DNA of 64,000 bases. Source: Octopus sinensis (lineage: Eukaryota). Below, one piece after another: positions 1-12,823 of this stretch. Both the position numbers and the translations under genes were made by a program. The stretch is from the NCBI RefSeq assembly GCF_006345805.1, contig NC_042998.1:56978001-57042000 (forward strand). The letters are read 5' to 3'. Under the pieces are notes generated by a model. It did no database searches and was not told where the DNA came from. It saw nothing but the letters and a program-made list of their open reading frames with translations. Position 1 is the first letter of the stretch; every line of letters begins with the position of its first letter.

Positions 1-574
1 CATTCGGAAACCAAATCTGTGGAAAACGACTATCATCCTATGCCTCCTCTGTGCGCAAGGTTAAAGCTGAAGACTTCCAGTACCATTCTCTACCTGTCTC
101 CGCCGCCTCTTTTCCTATCATCACCAGATCTATGAAGAAAGTGTGATAGTGTTGGTGCAGGCGTCTTGTTTTGCTGAACAAACTACACGATAAATATTAT
201 TATGGTGGACGTTGCTTGCAGGGAGCGAGTCCTATTTCCTCGCCCTTCAAGCTTGTATTGATGTGGTGCAACAGATGCCACGAGGTCAGCAGTTATCAGA
301 ATGCTGGACTTGTATGAAGTTATATTCTCTTCAATGAGTAGCTAAAGAGCTGAGAGGTTTCATCTACCCAGGGTCCGTAGAGGTGTCTGTGAGCGACCTT
401 CTTTCGGAAGCAATTCTATGACATGCTTATTACCCCATAGTTGTAACCCTGATAGTTTCTACTACGTCGGGTTGTGTAGATCTGGAAACAAAAAAGGCTA
501 AGAGGTGGCCTCTCACTTTTCAAAAACCCGGAAATCCCGAGCCAGGGCCCCACTACCTGATGCAGTCGAAAATC

Positions 575-576
<2 letters not shown>

Positions 577-614
<38 letters not shown>

Positions 615-696
615 CACACACACACATCTCACAGAATTATATATTTAATAATCTTTGTAGCAATGCATGTATGTATATACGTATGTATGGGTGGGT

Positions 697-741
<45 letters not shown>

Positions 742-1175
742 ATATGTATGTATTTATGTATGCATATCTGTATTTGTATAACAAGATAAAATGGAGTTGT
801 TGATATTAAATGTAATACCAACATCACTCTTCGCTTTTTGTTTTATACACCGCGATCAAACGTAAGTTGGATTTTCAGTTTTGCGTGAAATTAATGTTTC
901 TACTGGAGAGATTTTCCTTCATATACCTTCGAATAGTCGATATTTGCAGGAGTGTTGCCTTCCAGATCCCTTTTCACTTACTCTGTGTGTGTGTGTGTAT
1001 ATACACATATAAATACACACATATATTATACATGCAAACTCACACACACTTACTTACCCATGCATACATACATACATGCATGCATGCATACATACATACA
1101 TACATACATACATACATACATACATACATACATACATACATAAATACATACATAATACGACACATACATACATAC
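577..1175. repeat. Microsatellite cluster (CA)n, (TA)n, (CATA)n
   Basis: Simple repeats seen directly; they generate the CVCV/HTHT/YIYI ORFs. Confidence 0.95.
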
Positions 1176-2044
1176 AACACAGATGTTGTTATTAATGGCG
1201 GTAGAGCAGAAAATGAGAGCAGTGACGCATCATATTGAAGCATAAGAAAATTAGTGCGATAACGCTGTCTATTAAAACGTACAGCTCATCGTAATAAAAT
1301 GCTTCATAAAAACCTCCATGAACCACAGAATAAGGTCGGCAATCAAGCGTCACTAATAGTCGAAGTTAAGGTGTATAATTGCCAGTTGTTGTTTAACCTC
1401 AGCTCAACCCTATGATCAAAGTGGTTACGATCATGATCAACTCTCTTTGTAGGACAGTAGGCTTTTGTCTGAGGGATTCTGGTTACTATTTTTTACAAGT
1501 CAAGTGGTTACATGGTCACATAGAAACCGTGTTATTAGCTCGTATACATATTGTTGCGTGCTTTTGTTGATTCTCCTGTTATAGGCGATGTTGAAGACAA
1601 GAATTTCACCCGACTCAGCTGCATATTAAGTGCGATTTTGTTTATATCTCTCTACTGGATTTGTTGAGGAAACTACATGAAGTATTTGTCTCGAGTCTTG
1701 ACTCTGTCATTAAATTGAATCAAATCTGTCATGCGAGCTTCAAAAAACTGGAGACATCTTTAGTGATATTCTCGCTCCTAAATGACTTAACCTCTTAACG
1801 TACACATTTATTTTCAATTTCCATGCAAAAAATATTTTCTATTAGTTATTTTGAATCTGTATATAAGGAAGAATAAGTACACAAACTATTTTGGATCAGT
1901 TATGATTTATTATGGAGTTACAGAGAAAAACGATAGCTATTGATAGAAAACGGGAATAACATCATGAACGAAGTATTTGGGGTTAGAAATAAGTGACAGA
2001 TACCTCAGAGTACTGTGAACGTATATTTTCCTTCAACTATATTA

Positions 2045-2211
2045 AAGGCCGGCACTTTGAAATACAGGTACAACTCATTTTTGCCAGCTGAGTGAACTGG
2101 AGCAACGTGAAATAAAGTGTCTTGCTCAAGGACACAACGCATCGCCAGGAATCGAACTCACGACCTTACAATCGTCAGCCGAATGCCCTAACCACTAAGC
2201 CATGCGCCTTC
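2045..2211 (-). mobile_element. tRNA-derived SINE (family C), head and core
   Basis: Minus strand reads GGCGCATGGCTTAGTGGTTAGGGCA...GTGAGTTCGATTCC (A/B-box-like) then TTGCTCCAGTTCACTCAGCT core, shared with 57814-58150 and 51560-52110. Confidence 0.8.
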
Positions 2212-3425
2212 ACTTTTCAACTATATATTTACTAGACATCTCTGAACGAAAATATACGGGATAATATGTTACGAGGTTAAGGAACTCTTAACATATGTTT
2301 ACATTATTTATCTTAACATATGTATCACTTAAATGAAACAGCGCGTCCTAATATTTAGGGCGATGGACTTACTGTCATAAGATCGTATGTTCGATTTCTG
2401 GAACATTGTACTCTTGAGCAAGGCGTGATTTTTCCCATTGCTCCAGTTTAAATGAATACCAGCTGAAAATGAGTACCAGTGACCGCAGTAGTCCAAAAGA
2501 GTGCAGAGCATTACGTTTGGCACCAGCTTGGTTGCAGGAGCTGCCGGAAGAGTGTCGAGTCGAACACTAAACCGCCTATGGGGCTCCACTCCGAATTTTT
2601 TTTAAGGTTGTCTCCTTTCCGTAACCCTGGATAGGGGCCCATACCGGATACTGTCAGCCGGAGCCAGCTGAGCCCGGGACTCGTGTCAGGCAGGGTCTTC
2701 ACTCTCTGAAGTAGTGAAGAAAATCGCTACCCACTACTTATGTTGATATGTATTTTACATAATTTGACCTACATCTAAATGGTGATATTTCATTTCGTAA
2801 TAAAGGTAAGATTGTAGTTAACCAATAATAGAGCCTCTTATTAGCCACCCTGCCTGCTAGAAGTAGCAGTCAAATTTCCTTCAAATCACACCCAAAAATC
2901 TTATTCAAGAAAATATACTGGCTAGTACTACATACGTTATGCCCGAAAAAAAAAATTGGGATGGTTATGATAAGAATAGGTTTGATAATTTAAACACTAC
3001 TACTACTACACTACTACTACTACTACTACTACTACTACCGCTGCTGCTGCTATAGTGGAAATAAATCTAATGTTCGGTTGAATTATTGAATATATTAAAA
3101 ATAATTGTGGAGACCTTTCCTTTGAAGTTGTCTACTCTTAGTAAATAACATTGGCTGATATATGTAGGCAGATGAATATTTAAGTCTATATAGGAAGTTG
3201 AGGGTATTATATTTGGTGTCTATGTGAAATATCAAAACACATATAGTACTGTAGATATATTCAGACCAACGCCAGTAGTAAGCATATCTGAGATATATAT
3301 ATTAATTGGAATATTTTAAGTGAACATTCTTTAAGTTCTTTTACGGACATTAAGTAAAACTGATATTTATGAAATGTCTATAAAAATTCATTAGCTATAT
3401 TAACATTTAATATTAATGCTGTTAG

Positions 3426-3650
3426 AAAGGCAGCGAGCTGGCAGATCGTTACTGCGCCGGGCAAAATGCTTAGCGGCATTTCGACCATCTTTATGTTCTG
3501 AATTCAGATTCCGTCGGGGTTGACTTTGCTTCTCATCATTTCGGGGTCGATAAAATACGTATCAGCTGAGTTCTGGGGGTAGAGGTTATCGACTTACCCT
3601 CTATCCCGAAATTGCTGGCCTTGTGTAAAAAAAAATGTAAAAACCAATAT
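3426..3650 (+). mobile_element. SINE-like repeat family E
   Basis: AAGGCAGCGAGCTGGCAG head, GACTTTGC(C)TT(T)CATC core, tail ending AAACCAATATT; many homologues in the window. Confidence 0.8.
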
Positions 3651-3663
3651 TAATGCTGATAGG

Positions 3664-4280
3664 AAGGCAGTGAGCTGACACAATCGTTAAGCGCGTCAGG
3701 CAAAATGCTTAGCAGTATTTCGTCCGTTTTTACGCTCTGAGTTCAAATTCCGCCGAGGTCGACTTTGCCTTTCATAGCTTCGAAGTTGATAAAACAGTAA
3801 GGACGACGATCTGGTGCCTTGTGGTATTTATTAAAGGCGGCGAGCTGGCAGAAACGTTAGCACACCGGACGAAATGCGTAGCCGTATTTCGTCTGCCCAG
3901 AGCGTAACTGGTACTTAATTTATCGACCCCGAAAGGATGAAAGGCAAAGAGGTCAACTTTGCCTTTCATCCTTTCGGGGTCGATAAATTAAGTACCAGTT
4001 ACGCTCTGGGGTCGATATAATCGACTTAATACCTATGTCTGTCCTTGTTTGTCCCCTCTATGTTTGGCCCCTTGTGGGTAATAAAGAAATACGTATTTCG
4101 TCTGCCGTTACGTTCTCAGTTCAAATTCCGCCGAATCGACTTTGCCTTTCATCCTTTCGGGGTCGATTAAATAAGTACCAGTTACGCACTGGGGTAAATA
4201 TAATCGACTTAATCTGTTTGTCTGTCCTTGTTTGTCCCCTCTGTGTTTAGCCCCTTGTGGGTAGTAAAGAAATAGGTATT
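3664..4280 (+). mobile_element. Cluster of three tandem family E copies (3664-3795, 3834-4092, 4093-4280)
   Basis: Repeated head/core motifs; the middle copy contains a perfect 54-bp inverted repeat (3896-3949/3957-4010). Confidence 0.85.
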
Positions 4281-4630
4281 TATTCCCGCTTTGCATTCTA
4301 GGTTTCAATCCTGGCATAGTTTAATAGGGTGATAGACTTAATCCTTAGGTACTTTTAGCTGAGTCCATTATATTGTAAGCATTGGGGTTAGACTTCCAGT
4401 GTGAGTATTCCCCTAGGTGTTGTAAGCCTTCTAAAGGGTCATAGACACAGCCTCACCCTACTGATTGAAAGACACCCCACCTACCAATACTAGATATGTG
4501 ACGTGTTAACAAGGGAACTAGCAGATAATCTGTGGACATGCTAGAATTAGTAGTCAAATAGCTCTCAATTAAAATAAGTCTTAATAAAATACATATGTAT
4601 GTATGTATGTATGTATGCATGGGTAAGTAA

Positions 4631-4662
<32 letters not shown>

Positions 4663-5504
4663 AATATGTGTGTGTATTTATATGTGTACACAAACACACA
4701 CATAGAGTAAGTGAAAAGGGATCTGGAAGGCAGCACTCCTGCAAATATCAACTATTCGAAAGTATATGAAGGAAAATCTCTCCAGTAGAAACATTAATTT
4801 CACGCAGAACTGAAAATCCAACTTACGTTTGATCGCGGCGTATCAAATAAGAAGCGAAAAATGATGTTGGTACTACATTTAATATCAACAACTCTATTTT
4901 CTTATTTTCTCCTGTTGTACACATACACATATGCATAAAAGTCTTAATAAAACGGATGAATGTATTGGACAATATGGTCCTACATACACTGTCCACCATA
5001 CTTGAATAAAAGACGGATTGGTTACGTCTGGAATGTCCCTTTGATTATCAGGCCGCAGGGTCAGCAATAACATCACTTTAAGTATCATTTTTTTACAAAA
5101 TCCTTTACTCAGGTGGAATGCAGTATTCGTCACCCATTACGTGGCCCCCCACTAGACTGAGAAGAGGGAGGAGGGTATTCCAAAGCTAGAAACTTGGTCT
5201 AAATGCTTGTAACAAAATGAACTTAACTAAAGGCATCATCGGTGATGCTGCTAAACCGGAATCAACGAATTAAGTTTACCAATTAACGACAGTAACAAAA
5301 ACAACTAGTAATAAAAAACATCAGAAACAACAGCAACTACAACAACTGCTAGTTTTATCACTGGTGGTGCTGCTACTACATTGCTGGTAAGAACACATGT
5401 CAGATAAGAGCAGACCAGTAAACAACAATAAAAAGAACTAGATTTGTAATTATAAGTTTCGCCAAAATGCCAAGTTCTATATATTAAATTTCCAAAAGGA
5501 ATAC

Positions 5505-5911
<407 letters not shown>

Positions 5912-6123
5912 CTCTTTTACTCTCTTTTACTTGTTTCAGTCATTTGACTGTGGCCATGCTGGAGCACCGCCTTTAGTCGAGCAAATCTACCCCAGGACTT
6001 ATTCTTTGTAAGCCTAGTACTTATTCTATCGGTCTCTTGCCGAACCGCTAAGTTACGGGACGTAAACACACCAGCATCGTTTATCAAACGATGTTGGGGG
6101 AACAAACACAGACACACAAAAAT

Positions 6124-6158
<35 letters not shown>

Positions 6159-6325
6159 CATACGACGGGCTTCTTTCAGTTTCTCTCTACCAAATCCACT
6201 CACAAGGCTTTGGTCGGTCCGAGGCTATAGTAGAAGACACTTTCCCAAGGTGCCACGCAATGGGACTGAACCCGGAACCATGTGGTTGGTAAGCAAGCTA
6301 CTTACCACACAGTCACTCCTACGCC
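5912..6325 (-). mobile_element. Full-length tRNA-derived SINE family A
   Basis: Minus strand: tRNA-like head with GGTTCCGGGTTCAGTCCC B-box, internal (TG)n, 3' GGCGGTGCTCCAGCATGGCCACAGTCAAATGACTGAAAC and (AGTAAAAG)-type tail. Confidence 0.9.
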
Positions 6326-6978
6326 TACATATACATATAAAAATACATATACATATAAAGAGAAACATTATTGCTAAATCTCTCAACGAGAGACATTCAG
6401 TAACAGTACCCTAAAGTAAAGATTATTTGCCAACATATTGTGGCAGTCCTAGTTGGAACTGTTCGAAAATCTAAGGACACAGATAACATGCCGTATAGAC
6501 AGCTGGATACGATGTTTCCTGGGCTAAATAACTGTAACCTTCGTCCAAAGAGAGAAAAGAGAGAGGAATGGAGTAGGTGTGGGAAAGAATGAATGAGAGC
6601 AAAAGTAAAATAAAATAAAAAGAATTAAAATTGAAAATAAGAAATAAAGATAAAGATAAGATGCCAGTATTAATCTTCGTAAGGGTCGGTTCGGGGTGAG
6701 AAGTGAGGCGTTAAGGTTTTGGTAAAGTGGAGGAGGATGGCATTTATTAAATTAAATAGATGAATTCTAGGTTTGGTGTGGTTAGAAAGAATATTTAGCT
6801 CAGTTCTCAGTAGGGTTAGCTAAATATAGATGCCTAGCTTAAGGGAGTATATATAGGATTAAAAATTAAAGAATTAAAAGAATTAAAAAGTAAAAAAAAA
6901 AAAATCAGAATTAACAGAATTAAAAAGGTTCTTGATTAAAAATAAAAATTTTAATTTAAAAAAGATTATTGCAGCTAG

Positions 6979-7506
6979 CTAGCTTCTGAGATACTTATGT
7001 TTATAGAGAAAATAAAAAGAAAATCGTACGTATATTGTAACGATCGTGGATGCATATAGACAAGTGTTATGTGTGTTGATTTTGCTTGCATTTGGACCTA
7101 TGGAAGAATCTAAAGGTGAGATAGAATATTTATGTTTAGAATACTTCTTGTTGTTTAATAAGTTGTGAATTAATATTTGGAGGGCTTCTTTCAGACAGAG
7201 TCCACACGTGAAGCGCTGGTCTTGGTATAGGACACCAGAATCTATTATGGCCTGGGATATCCTATTTGGCATTTTCTTATTTATCACATGGTGTATGTGG
7301 TTGATTAATATTGAGTAATATGTAATATATTTACATACCACATTAAACCTTCTGCAATGGGCTTGCAGCGGGCATTCGGTCTCAACCGGCAGTGGCAGCT
7401 ATCTGTCTTACGTGGGTTAGTTGTGGAAAGGGGTGATGCAGTACTATTCATTGACAAGTTAAAATTTAGGGTGGTATTAGGGGATTGGCTTGTATTATTA
7501 TTGTTG

Positions 7507-7578
<72 letters not shown>

Positions 7579-7780
7579 GTAGTAGTAGTAGTAGTAATAG
7601 TTGTAATAGTTGTATTAGTAGTAGTGGTCGTATTAATGTTATTAGCATTAGCAGTAGTAGTGCTATTAGTATTAACGTTCATTTTAGCCGTACTCCGACC
7701 TTCCTCGGAAGCGGGGATATTCGTATCCTGGTTTATACTGGTTGTAACGCTAGGGTTACGGGTGTGGTATATGCTATCAT
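6979..7780 (-). pseudogene. Degraded Penelope-like GIY-YIG endonuclease region with poly-Asn linker
   Basis: ORF 7305-7682 has a poly-N tract then CHCRLRPNARC (resembles the CNCR Cys motif of PLE endonucleases); ORF 6979-7341 has AIIDSGVLYQDQRFTCGLCLKEALQIL, resembling the C-terminal CxLCLxE motif. The GIY/YIG core is not clearly preserved. Confidence 0.45.
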
Positions 7781-7784
7781 TTTT

Positions 7785-8300
7785 TGTTCACATCTCGTTT
7801 CTTCAGGTTTTCCTTCACACAATCTTTATAACTTTTCCTCGGCTTATGTTATGGTCGCTTGCTAGAGTTGAGCTCACCATAAAACGATGCTTTGGCAATC
7901 GCTCGTCTTTCATTCAAATAACATGTCCATCCCATCTGATTTGAGCCAAGACATCATGTTGTTCAATTGAGCTACAACGTGCCATGCACAAAACATGTAT
8001 AAAACATTCCCACTTGGCTCCTAAGATACGTCTGAGACACTTTTGATGAGGTCGCCAGCATGTTTACATGATGTTTGCAAGTGATCCACGTCTCACTTGA
8101 ATAAAGAAATGCAGTCAATATACACGCTTTATAGACACTGATTTTTGTCTGCCCATACTCACTTTTCGAGCTTTCCAAATGCAACACTTCCCTTCCCTAT
8201 TCAATAGACTATCTCTGCATCAAGACCACCATCTCTTGACAATGTGCTTCCAAAGTAAACAAAGGTGTCAACTTCAAACATTGTTCCATTCACAAAAAAG
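7785..8300 (-). mobile_element. RTE-clade LINE ORF2 C-terminal fragment (degraded)
   Basis: Translated pieces VDTFVYFGSTLSRDGGLDAEI, TKISVYKACILTAFLYSSETW and RLPKHRFYGEL...KSYKDCVKENLK match RTE C-terminal motifs. Confidence 0.75.
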
Positions 8301-8622
8301 ATATATAAAAATATAAAAAAATATATAAATATATATACACATATGTACACATACATATACACCTATGTGCACATAATGGTGGATGGCTGTTGACTACACA
8401 TAAATTCTTCCGCTTTACAGGTCTCAATTTTCGACCTGCAGGGTGTCTAACAATTACCCTCCTCACCAAGTAATCTTGGTGGGGTTGCCAGTTTAGTCGC
8501 CGACGACCCTAGCATGCAACAAGTTGTACTGGGTTACATGTTACCAGTAGCGCTCAAGAGCGATCTGCCAATAATACATACATACATACATACATACATA
8601 CATACATACATACATACATACA

Positions 8623-8653
<31 letters not shown>

Positions 8654-9072
8654 GTATATGTAAGTATATACATACACACACATATATATATATATAATAT
8701 ATATATAATATATAATATATTATATATAATATATATATACAAACATATATACATATATATACATACATACATACACATATATACATGCATATATATATAC
8801 ATTCATATATAAATCACAATAAGGGTGAAAAAAAATTGAATATTAATTAATAACATCAATTTAGAACACCAAGTGGCCTAGCGTAAAAAAGCTGTGATAC
8901 AGTAAAAATTATTAATACAAGTAATAAGAGAGAGACCACATGTGGTCACTCTAACGGTAGAAATAGATCCGCAAAGGGAATCCACCATTAAAGAATTGTT
9001 ATCAAGCATTAATTCAACACGCCAAGAATGTAAGCGGTCAGGACAAATGAAAAATAACGAAAAAATAGATTA

Positions 9073-9148
9073 ACTCTATACAAGTGTTTTATCGTTAACA
9101 GATTGTGTAATTTTACTTACGCAATCATTTTCGAATCCTCAGTAGAGT
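9073..9148 (-). ncRNA. Degenerate type I hammerhead ribozyme motif (left arm)
   Basis: ACTCTA-CTGAGGA-(T)TCG...CGA(T)-AAAA-C-ACTT-GTA-TAGAGT; G12 mutated to A. Confidence 0.5.
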
Positions 9149-9446
9149 ATATCAAAAATATAATTTGCTGAAACGAACGCCAAAATCCATACGAAGCCGA
9201 GCAAAGGCGAACGGCACAGCCAATTATATTTGCAGTTACGTTCAAATATCCTCATTCCTGGCGCGTTGAAAATACCGGATGTAAATACTACCCCTGTAAT
9301 TCACTGCCGGTTTGAGAACATATTTTCAACGCGCCAGGAATGAGGATATTTGAACGTAACTGCGAATATAATCGGCTGTGTCGTTCGCCTTTGCTCGGCT
9401 TCGTATGGATTTTGGCGTTCGGTTCAGCAAATTATATTTTTGATAT

Positions 9447-9522
9447 ACTCTACCGAGGATTCGAAAATGATTGCGTAAGTAAAATTACACAATCTATTAA
9501 CGATGAAACAAGTGTATAGAGT
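9447..9522 (+). ncRNA. Degenerate type I hammerhead ribozyme motif (right arm)
   Basis: ACTCTA-CCGAGGA-(T)TCG...CGA(T)-GAAA-C-AAGT-GTA-TAGAGT; 6-bp stem I; U4 mutated to C. Confidence 0.5.
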
Positions 9523-9789
9523 TAATCTATTTTTTCGTTATTTTTCATTTGTCCTGCCCGCTTATATTCATGGCGTGTTGAATTAATGCTTGAGAACAAT
9601 TCTTTAGTGGGGGATTCCCTTTGCGGATCTATTTCTACCGTTAGAGTGACCACATGTGGTCACTCTCTTAATACTTGTATACATTCATATATATTTATTT
9701 TATTTATTTATTTTATTTTATCTAGTTTCAGCTCACGAGCTGTGGCCATGCTGGGGCACCGCCATTTGGTGTTGCTACATGATTTTACT

Positions 9790-10750
9790 TCACGAATGCT
9801 TTTTAGCAACTGCCATTTGGTGCATGAGAGAGTTCGATGCAGCTGCCCTCATCTGCACCTCCTGCCGTGAAGTTGGTTCATCCGGGACACCCGACAGGAA
9901 GAGATCCAGTCCTACTTTAAAAACATCCGCATCCACCCCATGCAGGTCCCTCAGGTTCTTCGGGAGGACATTGAAGAGCTGTGGGCCTCTGAAAACCAGG
10001 CTATCACAGTATCTTGTCCTACATCTTGATGGCAAATTTGGAGTCCTTGGCACCACGCAGTGGCGCCCAGTTCTGGCATTTGTGTAACTCTCGATGCCAA
10101 AGTTTGGGACAAGTCCTTCCAGGATCTTCCAGATGTATATTATGGCATATCTTTCTCGCCTACGCTCCAAGGATTAGAGTTTTAATCTCTTGAGTCTTTC
10201 CCAGTAGCTTATATGCTGCACAGAGGCTATCTTCTTCGTGTAGCTTCGTTGGATCGCCCCAAGTTCTGTGATCAACTTGACACTGGATGGTGACCATAGC
10301 TGAGAGCAATAGTCAAAGTGGCTTAGGACAAGTGTCCTCCAGAGGACCATCATGGTTTCTTGTTCTCTTGTTCTAAAGGTTCTAAGAATCCATCCGGCCA
10401 GCCGTCTACATGTCATTGCCAATTTAGCAACATGTACATGAAAGATTGCGTCATCACTCATGTAAATACCCAGGTCACGCACTGATTGTGCCTCTGGGAT
10501 TGCAATCCCTCCGGGTCCAATGTATTCATTGGGTATTGCATTTAGTTTTGCATGCTGATAGCATAAAGCTTGAAACTTTTCAGCATTGAACTACATGCTA
10601 TTCTTTTCAGCCCACTTGTATATTTTGTCCAGCTCACATTGCAGGTGCTTAGTGTCTTCAGGGTTCTGTATTGCCTGTGAAACTTTTGTATCATCTGCAT
10701 AACTTGTGATCATGGCTCTCTGCGTGGCTGAGGGCATGTCTGAGAGGACC
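9790..10750 (-). pseudogene. LINE ORF2: RT catalytic region and C-terminus (broken)
   Basis: My translation gives ALLFIMVLSD...SYADDTKV; track ORFs give RDLGIYM, DYCSQLWSP, YWERLKRLKL, ERRRERYAIIYIWKIL. Confidence 0.88.
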
Positions 10751-10751
10751 A

Positions 10752-12086
10752 TTATGAACAGTAGTGCTCACTATTGGCTACTACCACCTGACTTCTATCC
10801 TTCAGAAAGTCATGAAGCCATTCTCCCAATTTTCCAACTATGCCAAGATCACGTAGTTTGTGACATATCATTCCATGATCGACTTTATCAAAGGCCTTTG
10901 CAAAGTCGAGATATATGACTTCCACATTTGAGTGGTTGAGCAGTCGTTTCAGCACCCAGTCATAGTGTTGTAGGAGCTGAGTTAGGCAGCTTCTTCCTGT
11001 TCGGAAACCATATTGGGTGTCAGGCAGCAAGTCATTTTCTTCAAGGAAGGTGATTAGTTTCCTTCTGACTATTCGTTCCATGACCTTGCTGATGTGTGAG
11101 GTCAGAGAGATAGGTCTGTAGTTCTTGGCCTCCGCTCTGCTACTTCCTTTATGAATAGGACATATTTTACCTTCCTTCAGTTTTCTTGGAAGTTTGCCAG
11201 TTGCAAGGAAGCTCTGAAAGAGGAACTGCAGTGGTCTTGCTAGGACTCTCTTACATACTTTTAGAAGGATTGCCGGGAATCCATCGGGGCCAGTAGCTGA
11301 GTTTGTTTTCATTTCATCTATAGCCTTTATTACATCGTCTTCCTTTATATTGATGTAATCAATCATCGCTGCCTCTGATTTTGTATCTGCAGTGGTAAAG
11401 AAGTCAGTTGGATTGCTGATTTGGAAATGCCCAAGGGGTGGAGTGAAAACACTCTTGAATTGTTCATTTAGTATTTCACCTACCCTCATTGGATTACCTG
11501 TGAGTGTGCCATCCTTTTCAAGGAGTGGCCCTATCCTACAGTGCACCGTAGCTGTTTCTTTGGCATACCTGTAGAAAGCTCTGGGGTTAGATTTTATGTT
11601 GTCTATAGCCCAGGCTTCTTTGTCTGCTCTTTCCTTTTCATGGGAGAGTTGCAAACATTTTTCAATTTCCAACAGTTTTATTTTCAGGCGGGACTTTTCA
11701 CTGCTTTCAATTTGTTTATTTAGGCGATTTGAAATTTTTGTACGCCGTCTCATTAGAATTTTCCTCTCTCTGGGGATTTTGTTCTTGTGTACAGTGGCCT
11801 TTCTCTCTGGGACACATTTGTAGCATATGGCTTGCATTACAGACATGAATTGTTGAAGTTTCATGTCGATGTCTAGCGAGGAGAGACATTCAGGCCAGTT
11901 TTGTTTGAGGATCTCTTTCTCAATTTGTTTCCAGTTTGCCTTATGGAAGTTCAAGCTGGAAAGATTCTGATAGTTTCTTCTAGGCTGCATGTCCATGCTT
12001 TCCTTTGGTCCGTACATGGTCAGCTCTACCATGTTGTGATCCGAGAGTAGTGTCGGTGTCACTTTCACATTATGGATGAGATCCAT
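10752..12086 (-). pseudogene. LINE ORF2: end of APE endonuclease and N-terminal reverse transcriptase
   Basis: LLSDHNMV, SATGPDGFP, NYRPISLTSHISKVMERIV, QYGFRTGRSCLTQLL, YLDFAKAFDKVDH. Confidence 0.92.
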
Positions 12087-12102
12087 ATTATTTGTATATA
12101 TA

Positions 12103-12321
12103 CTCTTTTACTCTTTTACTTGTTTCAGTTATTTGACTGTTGCCATGCTGGAGCACCGCCTTTACTCGAGCAAATCGACTCCAGGGCTTATTCTTTGTAA
12201 GCTAGTACTTATTCTATCGGTCTCTTTTGCCGAACTGCTAAGTTACGGGAACGTAAACACACCAGCGTCGGTTGTCAAGCGATGTTGGGGGGACAAATAC
12301 AGACACACACACAGACACACA

Positions 12322-12375
<54 letters not shown>

Positions 12376-12520
12376 CATATATACGACGGGCTTCTTTCAG
12401 TTTCCGTCTACCAAATCCACTCACAAGGCTTTGGTCGGCCCGAGGCTATAGCAGAAGACATTTGCCCAAGGTGCCACGCAGTAGGTTGGCAAGCAAGCTA
12501 CTTACCACACAGCCGCTCCC
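12103..12520 (-). mobile_element. SINE family A, B-box segment deleted
   Basis: Matches 5912-6325 but lacks the GGGACTGAACCCGGAACCATGT segment. Confidence 0.88.
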
Positions 12521-12542
12521 ATATATATATATATATATATAT

Positions 12543-12785
12543 TGTAACGTAATTTGTTACGTATAGTAAATAAGATAACCAGACAGTAAAAACAATGTAA
12601 TGAACTAACAAATTTATCACTCGATATTCCTTGTGAACTACCCAACCGACACCTTCCGACTTCACTGCGAACGAATACGAACTTGAATCGACTACGAATT
12701 CTGAACTTTGTACTCACATGGATCGTTGCTATACCTTACTCGGACCAGTATATATGTGTAGCAAGGGAGCCTCATAACTTTCATC

Positions 12786-12791
<6 letters not shown>
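12543..12791. mobile_element. Probable solo LTR in a (TA)n tract
   Basis: 249 bp with TGTAAC...ACAACA termini, flanked by ATAT on both sides (TSD weak because it lies inside a TA run). Confidence 0.5.

Positions 12792-12823
<32 letters not shown>

Larger units (their letters stand above)
8915..9680. repeat. 766-bp fold-back element: 360-bp inverted arms (8915-9274, 9321-9680), 46-bp spacer
   Basis: Arms are reverse complements along their length with scattered mismatches. Confidence 0.95.
9690..12095 (-). mobile_element. CR1-type LINE, 5'-truncated and inactivated
   Basis: ORF2 pieces 10752-12086, 10174-10482, 9790-10170; 3' UTR ending in a stem-loop and (TAAAA)-type tail; internal deletion of the SGVPQG motif and an in-frame TAG. 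Confidence 0.92.

Noticed and set aside
1-560. IIMVDVAC motif suggesting an RLE endonuclease remnant
   Set aside because: A single short motif without neighbouring support.
6490-6560. Possible eroded hammerhead downstream of the 7-kb PLE remnant; also CTAATAA...CTCGAAACGTTGTC near 23425-23465
   Set aside because: The CUGANGA strand needs several corrections; indistinguishable from chance by eye.
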